The notes beneath the pieces are model-generated. The model searched no databases. It was not told where the DNA came from and was given only the letters and a program-made list of their open reading frames with translations. From Camelus dromedarius (taxonomy: Eukaryota): a stretch of DNA of 64,000 nucleotides. The number at the start of each line of letters is the position of its first letter. Position 1 is the stretch's first letter. A program made the translations under genes and the position numbers. Positions 1 to 11,774 of the stretch are shown one piece after another. The DNA lies in contig NC_087437.1 of assembly GCF_036321535.1 (NCBI RefSeq), positions 116,934,001 through 116,998,000 on the forward strand. The letters are read 5' to 3'.

Positions 1-427
1 CCTCGGCCTTCTCCAGGTGAGCTCTCCCTTAAAATCTGACACCAAATGTTGGGGGTGGGGGGAGGCGCTCCCAGCGCTGTTTCTGGGCAGGGCCTGGCCG
101 GCAGTCTGCTGATGGTTAACTCCCCAGGAGCCAGCTTCAAGCACTACGCATCCTCTCAGATCTCCCTGTGAGGGAGACTTTCTTCCCATTTGACAGATGC
201 AGAAACTGAGGGACTCCACTCATGTGGGGGAGGGGGCCCTGCTCCCTGTCCCGAGCTCTCACTCCACCCTCACCCCTGGATTCTGCATAGGAGAGAGAAC
301 CAGCCAGCGCAGGCTTCAACTTTCTAAAGTCTGATTACCCTTGTGAGTCTGGAATACCCTTCCTCTATGTTCCACAGTCTCGATTGCCCCAAAAGAGCCT
401 CGAAGCAGCAAAAACTGCCCTTTCCTG

Positions 428-720
428 ACTTCCCCTACCTTCTGACCTCTTAAATCTCCCTCTGCTCTTTGGGATTTCCCTGGGGGAATCTCCCCAAAGT
501 ACTAGTCACAGGATTGCATGGGGTGGAGCTGGAACATTTTGCTTACGAAACCAGGTCTTGTTTCAACTGCACAGTTTTGCAAGCTCCCATGTTTAGCATC
601 CGTCAATCTCCTACGTAGAGAAGTAGGGGAGGGGGTGGGGGCGTGACTCAGTGCGGCAGGTTGCATAAGCCTTGCACTGAAAAGATGAGAGAGGATCCAG
701 GAGCACATATTTGCATAAGC
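428..720. promoter_or_regulatory. Candidate immune/inflammatory enhancer (motif cluster)
   Basis: ACTTCCCC (PU.1/ETS-like) 428-435; GGGATTTCCC (NF-kB) 471-480; GGGGAATCTCCCC (kB-like) 483-495; TGACTCA (AP-1) 644-650; TTGCATAA (C/EBP-like) at 661 and 711; ATTTGCAT octamer 709-716. Confidence 0.5.
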
Positions 721-895
721 ATCTGCATATCGTTAGCCTTTGGATAACATCTCTGCTTTCCTGGGAGATTGGAGGTAAGGATCCAAAGTGCTGCAAACAG
801 GCTTGCTGAGCCTCCTAGCCAGGAACAGTCAACAGCAGCTGAAGCTGAGGGGCCAGGATCACTGAGCGGTTCCTCCTCAGTTCCCATCTTAGATG

Positions 896-1056
896 AGTGG
901 GTCTCAAAGTGTGGTCCCCAGCAAGGGCATCGGCATCCCCTGGGAGCTTGTTAGACCTGCAGATTCTCAGGCACCGCCCAGAAATGCTGAATCAGAAATG
1001 CTGGGGGTGGAGCCCTGCCCTCCAGGTAATTCTGATGAGCTGAAGTGTGAGAACTG
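896..1056. mobile_element. MER5A-like hAT-Charlie MITE
   Basis: tctcaaagtgtggtcccc...catcccctgggagcttgttaga...gcagattctcaggc...ctgaatcagaa...ccctccaggtaattctgatg...aagtgtgagaac matches the recalled MER5A layout. Confidence 0.8.
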
Positions 1057-1559
1057 TAGGAGAGTGCCAGACTTGGCTGCTCCACAGGGAGCCGTCTGCT
1101 CCTCCCTGCACCCTGGGGACATGGAAGGCTGCTGTGGCGGGGGAAGATGCTAGCCCACTGTGGTGCCAGCCTCCCAAAGGCTCTGGATTGGTCCATCTTG
1201 CGCCAAAGCTACACCAAAACCTGACCAGAGCCTTATGCGTTTTAATTCAGAGTCAGAGGAGTGCAAAGTCCAGCGTGGAGCGTGCTGTCTCTACTAGTTT
1301 GAAGCGCAGAACAAATACCCGCCAGACTCCCCTAGGCACAGGCGTGGCCAGGCCTAGCGAGCGCTCCGAGCGAAATCGTGGGCCCTTCCTGATCCCCAGT
1401 GAGTTGACTTGGACTTTGCGTTTCTGCTGCAATCCCACTGCGCCCCTGGGAATCACGTGACACACCGGGCCTTCCAGCATTTGCCACCACCCACCCATCC
1501 CTCCCCTTTGAAGCCCTGCTCAGGCTCCCTGCATCCGTGAATCTTTTCTGAGTCTTTCC

Positions 1560-1760
1560 AGCCTGCACTGACCTCCCCACTCTCCACCCAGGGAGACACG
1601 GCTGCCCTCAGCGTTTGGCACTTTCGTGACTCTTGAACTCCTGTTTTCTCTCCCCACTGAACATGCCAGTCTGCAAGAGCAGGCCTGATCTTCAGTTACT
1701 GCTTTGTCTTCCTTCCCTCAAACTGCTCGGCACCCAAGTCACCAACAAGGCGTTCAGTGC
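1560..1760 (+). mobile_element. L2 3' end remnant
   Basis: ctgttttctctccccactgaacatg...caagagcaggcctg...gttactgctttgtc resembles a decayed L2 tail. Confidence 0.4.
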
Positions 1761-2479
1761 GGACCTGCCGGTGGCAGTGAAAGCGTGGTCATGACAAGCG
1801 AGAGAACTTCCGTCCCTCTTGTTGCACGAGCATCTCCAGCTTTACACACACGCCCTTAGGAGGGTTCTGGGTCACCTGGGCATTTGTCCTGAGGCCTGGG
1901 GGTGCGCTTCGGGGCCTTTACAAAGACAGGAAGGCAGCACCACTCCCTGAAAATCATGCCTCTCGTCAACCCAGCTCCCAGGGACTGGGCACAGGCCCTG
2001 CGCACCGGCCCTGCGCACCTGTTTATGAAGGAGGAAGGGCTTGGGCGTGGACAGACTTGGGTTCAAGTCCCAGTCTCACCACCTACTAATACTATTAATA
2101 TAACTAGGAACCTGCGGGGACCTGGCCCACTCTGGGAGGGTCTGGTTTCGCACACCCAGTGTCTCCCCTTCCTGCGCCAGCCCAGGTGGGTGTCTTGCTC
2201 TGAGAGGCATTTGAGTTTGGGGATCAAGAATTGGAAAGGAATTCCAAAGAAGAGCTTTGGGCACTGGAAAGGCGTCTGGAGAAGAAAGCTGCAGGGCCGG
2301 GAGAAGGAGAAATGAGCGGAATCCTGGCAGGGCTCCATCAGAGCCCTTTCATGCCTTTCCAGACCACGAGTAAAGAATGGCGTGTCCCTTAAATAAACTT
2401 TGAAGACCAAACTGTGCCCTCAAATGCGTCCATTCTCAGAGTCATGGCTTCAATAAGGCCACAGCGATGACAGTGAGCC

Positions 2480-2640
2480 TTTACTGGGCACCGGAGCTGA
2501 GGGTCACATGCAGTCACCCCTTGTCAGAACCACGTTCAGGAGGTCAAGGAAGGCACGGAGAAGTTAAGAAATTGCTCCCAGCCCCACAGCTTGGCATGGC
2601 CAAGCTGGAGTTGGAACCCACGCAGGTCCCAAGGTCTGTG
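2480..2640 (-). mobile_element. MIR SINE remnant
   Basis: aggcacggagaagttaagaaattgctccca...ccacagct...gctggagttggaacccacgcagg resembles the MIR core. Confidence 0.55.
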
Positions 2641-3312
2641 CTCTGGGTGGGACAGGCAGAGTGCGGATCACGCGAGCCAGCCCTCTCCCTGCTGGGCCTT
2701 GGCCACCTTCTCATCCCCTCTCCCCAGAAGTGAATCAGGTCCAGGACTGAAAGCCTGAGGCCGCCAGTCGCGGAAACTGATCCCCAAGCTGACGCCAGAG
2801 GCTTTGTTCTGATCCCGCCCCACAAGGAGCCAGCTGGGGTCTGAGCTGGGGCGGCAGGCACAGAGCCACCGGGGGGTCTGGTGCCAACGGAGCTCCGACA
2901 TGGAGCCCTCGGGCAGAATGGAAACCAGACTGGGCTCCCAGGCCCGCAGGGCCCGTCACCCAGAGGGTCTGCAATTAATTAAGACCAAAGGGGGCACTGA
3001 ATGACCCTTTTGTGGATTGAAAGCCCTCCATTGGAAACCCAGCTGTCAAACCCAAAGAAATCGACTGCATGGTTTCTTATAAGAAAACCATTAATACGTC
3101 GAGGACTGAAGAAAAGCTTTGTTCCCGACCTTCGCGTGAGCACCAGAGATTCGGATTACAAAGCGGCCGGCGCTGCCCAGGGACAGCAAACACCGCCCCG
3201 CCAAAGCCAGGGCTGCCCAGGTGTGGGGAGGCCAGAAATAACACAAGACGGCTGAAGCCAGAGCGAGGGCCTCAGAACTGCCCTGTCACTGCGTTTCATT
3301 CACGGAAAACAG

Positions 3313-3352
3313 ACATGTGCGCACATGCGCGCGCGCACACACACACACACAC
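3313..3352. repeat. Alternating purine-pyrimidine tract with (GC)n-(CA)n
   Basis: acatgtgcgcacatgcgcgcgcgcacacacacacacacac read directly. Confidence 0.9.
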
Positions 3353-3580
3353 CGCAACTAAGGACCCTACAAGATTAGAAATTGCACTGACCCCTCCACC
3401 GGATGGGTCCCCACTGAGCCCGCCTCAGTTTCCATTTCTCAGTATAAAAGGCAACTGGAAGCACAAGGCTCCTTTGGGTTTTACAACCAAGGCTGGACTC
3501 CCAGGCCAGTGTCCTGGTCCCAAGCCTGTGAACACGACTTGGGGTGAGCCTGCACGTGAGGGTTCTCCTAACCGTCCCGG

Positions 3581-4000
3581 TGTTGTGGGCTGAGCAGTGT
3601 TCCCCAATGGAAGATATGCCCCCCCCGAACCTCAGAATGTGACCTGACTGGGAATGAGGGTCACTGCAGATGTAATTAAGGTCAAGCTCTAGACGAGGTC
3701 ACCCTGGATTAGGGCGGGACATCACTCCAATGACTAGTGTCCATATGACAGACAGAAAAGACACAGAGGCACAGGGGGACGGCCATGTGAAGACGGAGGC
3801 AGAGACTGGAGTGATGTGTCCACAAGCCAAGGAAAGCAAGGATTGTGGGAACCACCAGGAGCTAGGGGGCCCTTCAGAGCCTCCAGGAGGAACCAGCCCT
3901 GCCAACACCTTGACTTTGGCCTCCCAAACCGTAAGAGGCCACATCTCTGTTGTTCTGAGCACCCAGTCTGTGGTGCTTGGTTACTTGAGACAGCCCCACA
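3581..4000 (+). mobile_element. MaLR LTR (MLT1C/D-like)
   Basis: tgttgtgggctga...aatgtgacct...gcagatgtaattaag...ggccatgtgaagacggaggcagagactggagtgatg...caagccaagga...cagccctgccaacaccttgacttt. Confidence 0.85.
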
Positions 4001-4194
4001 CAGGACTCCAGCGGACGACTGTCAGGTGCTGTGGTGACTGAGAACGGCTGGCGGGTCAGGGCTGGTGCTCACCAGCTCCTGTGTGAGCGGAGCTGAAGCC
4101 TGGAGAGGCTCGGGGAGGCGGGGGAGGCGGGGAAGGTGGGGGAGGCAGGGTCGTTGGCTGGATCTAGAACTCTCAGCCCACAGCGCCCTGGACC

Positions 4195-4352
4195 GGTGGC
4201 CTCCAAGCCCAAACATGTGCTAGAATCCTTCTGTAAAATGCTGATGTCCCGCCCCCCTGGAGATTCTGACTGAGTTGGTCTATGGCAGGCTCTTTTGTGG
4301 GCCATTTTTTGAAGCCCCTGTGTGACTCTAATGCCCAGCCAGGGTTGGGAGC
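4195..4352. mobile_element. MER5-like hAT MITE
   Basis: tagaatcc...aaaatgctgatg...ggagattctgactgagttggtct...gtgactctaatgcccagccagggttgggagcca. Confidence 0.6.
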
Positions 4353-4710
4353 CAAAACTCAAGGCTTTTCAAAAGCAAAGCTTGGCTGTGTCCATATGGT
4401 GGACACCCGTGATCTGGTCCTTAGTCAGCCCAACAAACACAGAGTGCCAGTTCTGGGACTTTCTTTGCTGAATTTCCCACAGCTTTTGCTGAGCTGAGCA
4501 GCCTTACCCAGTGGGGAGGAAGCCTCTCGCCAGCCACCTCCCGTGGTGGAAGCTGGACCCAGAAGGAGTCAAGTTGTCACCTCTGTGGTTTTTGTTGGTG
4601 TTTTTGGTTGGGGGATTTTCTTTGGTTTTTAGGTGCCCCAAACAAGTGGTGCCTGAAAGCAAACCAGAAGTGCCAAGAACGCAGAGCCAGTCGGGTTTCC
4701 CAGGAGGTCA

Positions 4711-5137
4711 GTGCAGATCAGGGCCTGGCTACTCAGCAAAGTCCCACAGACAAGGGGGTTTAAACAACAGAAATTTACTGGAGGCCGAAAGTCTGAGATG
4801 AAGGCGTGGGCTGTGTTGGTTCCTGCTGAAGACCATGAGGGAGGGTCTGTTCCAAGCGTCTCCCGCCGCCTGCTGGTGGTTTGCTGGCCACCGCTGGCTT
4901 TAAGAAGCATTGCCCCCGCCTGCCTCCCTCTTCACATGCGCTCTCCCTGTGCTTGTCTGTGTCCAAATTTCCCCTTCTAATAAGGACACAGTCCTGTTGG
5001 AACGGGGCCCACCCTAATGACCTCACTGTAGCTCGATCACCTCTGTAAAGACCCTCTCTCCAAGTCAAGTCACTGTTGCGTTACTGGGGGTTAGGATTCC
5101 AGCGTATGTCTTTGTGGGGCACACTGCAACCCCAAAC
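4711..5137 (-). mobile_element. MaLR LTR (MLT1C-like)
   Basis: ttaaacaacagaaattta...aagtctgagatgaaggcgtggg...tcttcacatg...aaggacacagtc...gggcccaccctaatgacctc...ggggttagga. Confidence 0.85.
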
Positions 5138-5550
5138 AGGCCCAGAGCTCACACATCCGCCCAGACTCCAGAGGCTGGCACTGGTCCTTTCAGGGCAGAG
5201 GAGAGCAGGTTTGTTCAGATGGTTGGCAGGTCCTGGTGCGTCAGCCTGAGACCCTTGGCCCCCAGCCTGTCTCCAGGGACTTTGGTCCCAGGTTGAGGGT
5301 GAGTGAAAGAGGGGATACCCTGAGGTCAGAATGGAGGTGACAGGGCTCCTTGGTAGGTATTTGGGGGCAAGGAAGCCTTCAGAAGGGGCTTCTTCCAGTG
5401 GCAACTTGGAGGGTAACACTGTTTATTAAGGAAAGGTAGGTTTGCTTACAGCAGGGACTAGATCTTAGCTTCCTTTAATCCCAACAGCACTCTCCACATT
5501 TTATACAGAAACAAGCGACTCCTAAGCACTTTTACCAGAAGTGTCTATTT

Positions 5551-5653
5551 TGGGGGTTGAGGGGTACAGCGCCCTGGTAGAGTGCATGCTTGGCGCACAC
5601 GAGGTCCTGGGTTCAATCCCCATTGCCTCCAGTAAGGGGGGGAGTTTTTTTTT
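5551..5653 (+). mobile_element. tRNA-Ala-derived camelid SINE (Vic-1-like), short copy
   Basis: ggtagagtgcatgcttggcgcacacgaggtcctgggttcaatcccc head; TSD aagtgtctattt (5539-5550) / aagtatctattt (5654-5665). Confidence 0.85.
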
Positions 5654-6483
5654 AAGTATCTATTTCGATCCTTAAAACAGACCAGACTCAGGAAAAAGTA
5701 GGTGCTCAACTAAAGGTCACAAATGGTCATGTTAAACCCAAGGTCTGGTGCTGATTAGAGACAAAGCCAAGCCAGGTCCCCTAGGTTCTAGAACTTCCTG
5801 TACTTAGCACAACACTCCCCATGCCCCACCTTTCTAGGAAGTTGACTCATGGCTCAGTCGACACTCTCCCTTCCTTTCCTCCCTCACAGACACCCACCTT
5901 GGACGCTGACCACCCCCTGGCCGGCTCTGCCCCCTCCCCACTTCCACCCTGCCCCAGGCGGGGCCAGCGAGGGCACCTCCCCTGACATCTGGCTGGTTCC
6001 TGGGCCACAGAGAGACTGCGTGAGTTTTGGCTGACATTGTTCCCAAATGGGCAGCTACCCCAGCTGGTGACTTGGAAGGTTCAGCTTTGATTGTAATTTC
6101 TATGTCACACAGTATAGCCAGAAAGAAACAAAAGCCTCCTTTATTAATGAGACCCAAAAGACAAACTTTCTCCTGAGCTAAATGAATACTGATTCATAGA
6201 CACAAGACGGGCATCACTTATAACAGTAAAACGTCACTGTGTGAACACCAGGAAGCTGAACAAATACACTGGGGATAAAAATTAATTCCACACATTGACA
6301 ACGTAGGCCATATTGAAGGGACTGGAGAGCAAAGCATTCTGACGTGCAAGGATGCTCATGAGACACTGCAAAGCGACAATAAAAGCTGGTTACAAACAGC
6401 ATGTACACCAGGGTCCCTTCCAGGATGGAAAGATCGACCCCACATCCTTAGCAGAGCATCTGAGTGGCAGAAAGCAATGTTGA

Positions 6484-6641
6484 GGGGAGAGGGGACAGCT
6501 CAGTGGTAGAGAGTGTGCTTCGCATGCACGAGGTCCTGCGTTCAATCCCAAGCACCTCCATTAAAGTAATTAATTAATTAATTAATTAATAATTACCTTC
6601 CCAAAAAATTAAAAAGGAAAAGAGGGAAAAAAAATTTTAAA
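6484..6641 (+). mobile_element. tRNA-Ala-derived camelid SINE (Vic-1-like)
   Basis: agctcagtggtagag...gcatgcacgaggtcctgcgttcaatccc head, (TAAT)n tail, exact 15-bp TSD agaaagcaatgttga at 6469-6483 and 6642-6656. Confidence 0.9.
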
Positions 6642-7149
6642 AGAAAGCAATGTTGATGTTTTACCATTTTTTTTCCTACAATGAACAAACATTAATACTT
6701 TCATAACAAAATAGCTCTCTTTAAAGTTAAAGGGAAAAAAAAGAAAACTTTTATTCATCTCCCTGACCACCGGGTCCCCCAGGGACCTCTCAGTGGAGGT
6801 TAAGAAACCCAGCATCAGTCAAAAGACCAGCCACACCGGAAGGGTCTGAGAGCCAAGCACAGCCTTTGAGAGGAAACCAAAGCAAAGCCAAGCCCAGGAC
6901 CAGACTTTTCATCTGCTCCCCGGGCGCCTGGCCCCCACGCTGACCGAGTCTCTGACCCTTCCCACCACAGGGCCTCTGCCATCCTGGCCTGGAAGGTAGC
7001 ACCACCCCCCCAACTTGGTGCCAATTCCCCATGAAACATGGGGTCAAGTTCAGCTGGAACACCCACAGAGTTTCCGTGAGAAGAGTGGAGCGTTGGGTGC
7101 TGAGGACAAAAGAAAGGAAAAAGGCCTCTGAAAAGGAAAAGGAGGTGCC

Positions 7150-7560
7150 TACTGTGCGTGGCCGTGTCGGGGGGCCTCTGGACCCTTCTCAGAAGAATGT
7201 TCTCAAATACGTGAAATAAAACACAGACGGCCACAAAGGAAGCTGGTGATGCTGAAACTTACAGCATGAGCCAAACAGTTTCGATGTTTCTGGTGTCAAG
7301 CAGATGTGCCCGGCGAACTCATCAGTCAGCAAGAGCTAGCGGTGAGTCTCACCGCCCGACGTCTGGAAGGAGTGAGGGGCAAACCCTACCCCTGCATCTC
7401 TGCAGCAACTGTCATGCGATGGGAAGTTACCTGGGGCGCTGGCCCCGCCGTGCACGGAGATGCCAAATTCAATCCAAGGCTGGAGGTGGAGGAAATGCGG
7501 GTGCAGCTTGTTCCCAAGCAAGTCTGGGACCCTTGAATTCGACCTGTGGTTGAGAAGTGC
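7150..7560. mobile_element. Ancient hAT-Charlie element (MER119-like)
   Basis: ggacccttctcagaagaatgttctcaaatacgtgaaataaaacacagacggccacaaaggaag resembles a recalled hAT consensus; ends with ggttgagaagtgc. Confidence 0.45.
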
Positions 7561-9576
7561 TCGCCTAGGAGGGGGGCGAGGAGCCCGTGGGCTTCCTGGC
7601 CACCTCCTCTGCCTTCCCGCCATCCACTTTGCCTCACGTCTCCTCCACCAGCCTGGCTGGACATTCATGCGCTCGTGGGCCCAGGCTGAGCCCTGCATGT
7701 AACTGAGAGCATAATGATGGCTGGGCATTGGCCCCATGCGACAGTGTCTTTTGCAAAGATTCCCACTGTCTGCGCCCCTCAGTGAGATGGAGCAGCCGAC
7801 AGGTGCGGCCGCACGAGCTTCCACTCAGCTCACCTGCCGCCGTGACAGCAGATGGAGTGCCCCTTCCCAGCAACCCTGAGAAAAAGCTCGAGTTAGTTAC
7901 CAAGGGAGGAAGAAGAGATACCTCTCCTTGTCCCCATCTCGTCCCCCATATGTCGTAACCCATGTGTAGAAACTGGCCAGCGTACACTCAGGAAGTCCTG
8001 TTTCCCCAGATGAGGTGGGGACCTGTCCAGGTGAGAAGCCCCATGGAAAGGGCGACCCGTTTTGGAAGGAGCTGAGAGCCACAGGCTGCCTGTCTTGAAT
8101 TAAACCGACTAAGCAAAGCCACAGCACCACCCGAAGTCACCGACAAGGCGCACGGCGCTTAGCGGGCCTTCCTCAGCTCCTTCTTAAGGTCAGTGGCCCG
8201 TGGGCAGTTTTCCAACCAGGGGCCATGGCTTTTGGATGGAGAATCGGCTTGGCAGGGGATCATCTTCAAACACAAAGACCCAGGAAGCCCTGCGCCCACG
8301 GAGCCCAGGATGACGCCTCACTTCCTCGGGCCATTATTAAAAAGCCTTCTCAGCATCTGTGCAGAGCACTGTTCTTATTTTAGAAGGCTGGGTAACTGAA
8401 GGCACAAGTCATAGTTCTATAAGCAGTTTGGGGTTTTTTGTTTTTTTTTTTCTTGAATGGAATTGTTTTGCTTGTCTGTTTCACTTCCTCTTCCGGGATA
8501 CCAAGGAACACGAGTTCCCCTTTTCCGGGTATTCGAAGTACGTCAGTTCTAGTCTGAGTAAATGAACAGTGAAGAATAAGAGGCTGGCTTCATTGTTTGC
8601 CACGTCGCATCCGCTAGGAGATTTGGGAAACTCTGACTTGTCATTGTTTTGTTTTCTTTTCCAAAGTGTCCTCAGAATGTGAGTGGGTCTCTAAAGGGAT
8701 GTTTGCACTTGGCGATGCATGGCTTCGATGGCAGGGTCGGGGTCCAGGGAGGTGGCCACCCATCAAGCCCCACGGCTCCACGACGGCCACGTTAGACCGA
8801 GCAGCGGGCTCTGAAAGAGCTCCGCTCAGCGGTGACCCTCTGTGCCTTCTCTGCCTCTTTGGGACTTTGAACCTTCTGAAAGCTTTGGGTATGAATAATG
8901 AATTGTGCACATGAAGAGGATGTCTTCAATGGTCTATTCGTTCATATAACATCTCAACAAAATTCAAAACTAGAGTAGCAAAAACATATTTACCCCCCAA
9001 AAATGCCATGTCATCCAATGCAAACAGTAACACAGATTTCTCCCCTAGCCCAGGACAGGGGGACAGAGTGTGGTGAGGGCTGGATACACAGGCCCAGAGT
9101 GATGGCAGATGAGAACGTAATGTCACAGAGAACTTCACTTGGTGGGATCCATAAACTGCTACCTACTGGGGTGTGGATGCACCATTTCACACAGACCCAC
9201 AAAACAGCCCTCCTGACAGGGTCCTCCTGGTGTCAGCGACCTTCCTTTTGAAGACTGAGGCCAAATTCTAATTCTCCTTCACCGAGTCCTCGTGAGCTTC
9301 AAAGTCATTGCATTTTTAAACTAAGTTTCCCCAGCCTGCCCTCCCTGCTGGCAGGGGCTGTTGTGTGTCCACCCCTGCATTCCTCCCGTGTCCCCTCTTC
9401 TTCTTCGTCCCAGCACTGGGAGCTTTCCACGAGGGCCACCAGGGCTGCTCTGGCAGAGTTTCTGCTGTGGCTTTTCTTTCTTGGCACCTATCTCTATATA
9501 AACCCAGTAGTGTAGGAACTGAGGGCCCAGGGGTCCCTTATGCTGCATGGCTGAGCGAGACGCAGGAATGCATGAG

Positions 9577-10096
9577 TGTCATAAGGAGGAACAAACCTGA
9601 CTCCATATGAGGTCTGTTCCCTTGGCTCCAACCCTGGGCTCGGTCTCCTGTGCTGGGTCCTGCTGGTTCTGCACCTTTTGTGACAGAATGTGGCCTAGAG
9701 CCTGAAATCTACAGGAGAGCCCATTCTCAAGGCTCTGGCCCTTAAGGGTAGAACACTTCCCCATTCGTATAGAGATAAGAAGTTGCAGAACAGAGAACAA
9801 CAGCATGTCTTCTTGGGGATTTACAGGGACATCGTGACCTGACCCACATGGACAGCTGCAAGAACCAAGGATTCTGACATCAAGAAGTTTGCAACAACCA
9901 ACCACACCCCTCCCCTTTTCTAGTATAAAAGGAGCCTGAATTCTGACTTGGGGAAGATGGTTCTCCAGGACATTAGTCCCCCATTTTCTTGTCTGTGGGC
10001 TTTTCAAGTAAAGTCATTATTCTTTGCCCCAACATCTCATCTCCCGATTTATTGGCCTGTCGTGTGGCAAGCAGAATGAGTTTGGACTTGGTAACA
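9577..10096 (+). mobile_element. ERV1-class solo LTR (about 520 bp)
   Basis: Starts near tgtcataagg...gactccat and ends ggtaaca; TATAAAA 9924-9930; AGTAAA poly(A)-like signal 10007-10012; possible 4-bp TSD agtg (9575-9578 / 10097-10100), which would move the start to 9579. Confidence 0.8.
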
Positions 10097-11774
10097 AGTG
10101 GACAAGGGTGAAGAGTGAAGTCTTGAAAGACACAGCAGATGGGGCAGGCCTGGCTCTGCACCTTCCTGCATGACCACGGATGATCCCTCTGTTTTCTCAG
10201 ATTAAGGGAGGTAACTCATATACGGCCCTGACAGCTCTTTCCAGGCTGAGTCAGGACTCGGTAACGGCGAGGTGTGCCTAGCACTGACGATTAACACCAG
10301 CCAGCCCAAGGAGGGGCTGCAGGAGGGCCTCCAGGCCTGGTCACTGCGGGGGACCCAAAAGCACCCCCACCAGACAGGTGAGTTTGTGGTTGGAGGGTCC
10401 TGCTCTCCCAGCAGAGCTGCCCTCAGCTCTTACTGGCCAGGTCTGCGGGTCCTGAAGTTTGAGCTGGCTGCAGAGACGTAACTGCAGACCTTGGGTGCCA
10501 GAGTAGTCACCGTCTTTTCCAAGCAGTGGAGCCACATACGCATGCCCTCGAGAATGCTAGATCCTTCAGAATCTTACTCTGTGCAGAGGCTGCCAACAAA
10601 AACGGGTCCCGCCGCATGACAGTATGAATTTCAGAAGTGAAACTGGGGAGCGGGGGAGCTGGCTGAGTGCACAGGACCACCAGCCAGGGAACAGCAGCGG
10701 ATAAAATGAGAGTTTCCAGAGACGCGCAGTGAAAAGTGACCACGGGGAAACTGTGACATCGACTATTAAACTGCAAGAGATTTGAAGCCCAGATAAACAC
10801 CACGAGCTAAAATCAGCCGAGGAAAGTGTGATTCGCTCGGTGGAAATAGGCGCCTTCCCATTCATGCTTATAAACAGGCCTTTTAATAGTTTCTCCCAAA
10901 GAAAGGCCCTTGAAAGCTAATTCTTCAGTGTGGTCACAGACGAGGTGACGCTCGCTTTCAAGTGACTGACTTGAAGTCTTTGGGCTCTTATCCAGGCTCC
11001 CAGTCGGGGGTCCAGCATGGCCCAGCAGCAAAGCCCACCCAGGTTTAATTCGGTTGAAAATAGAAACATCTGGGGGGAAAAATTAAAACAATATACATAT
11101 ATTTGTATACATTTATATACATGTTTATACGTATATATGTGTGCATTTATAATATATTTTATGTATTTATTTTATATATACACATTCTTTTTTTAATCAC
11201 AGACAGTGTATCTTTCCTGTTACATGGAGCAAACTACTGTTAGAGATTTAAGTGGTCAAACGGAAGTGAGGCGAGCATGGAAGGAATCCCTGCAGAAGCG
11301 TTCTGCTCTGTGAGAATGGGAAGCACAGAGGGAATGGGCTGGGGGGAAAGGGAAACACACCGAAGCAGAATAAAGGGGAGGAGGCACCACATCCCACCAC
11401 CCGAGCCGCTGCTCACATTTCTTCTGCTTCCTTCCAGACTTTATCCCAATGAATGTATTTATTTCAAATGCTATATACACATTTCCACTTAATATTATAT
11501 TACATTATCTTCCATATTATTGCCTGCCCATGGCAACCAACATCTTTTTTATGGCTGTGTAACATTTCATCAAGAGGTACTCTAATGTACATGGATCCAT
11601 GTCCCCATTTTCAAATATTGTTTTGAATTCTCTTCTAATAATCATCACAAAGCCACGAAAATCTCCGAGAAAAAAAATCTAGATGCTTCTCAAGCCTGGA
11701 AGCTTGTCTTATTTGTCTTCATATTCTCATCAGTATTTGGGGAAAGTGAAGGGAAAGAAATACACAAATAAAGG

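Noticed and set aside
12..23. Splice-donor-like CAG/GTGAGC at the window start
   Set aside because: Single short motif with no visible exon context; such motifs occur often by chance
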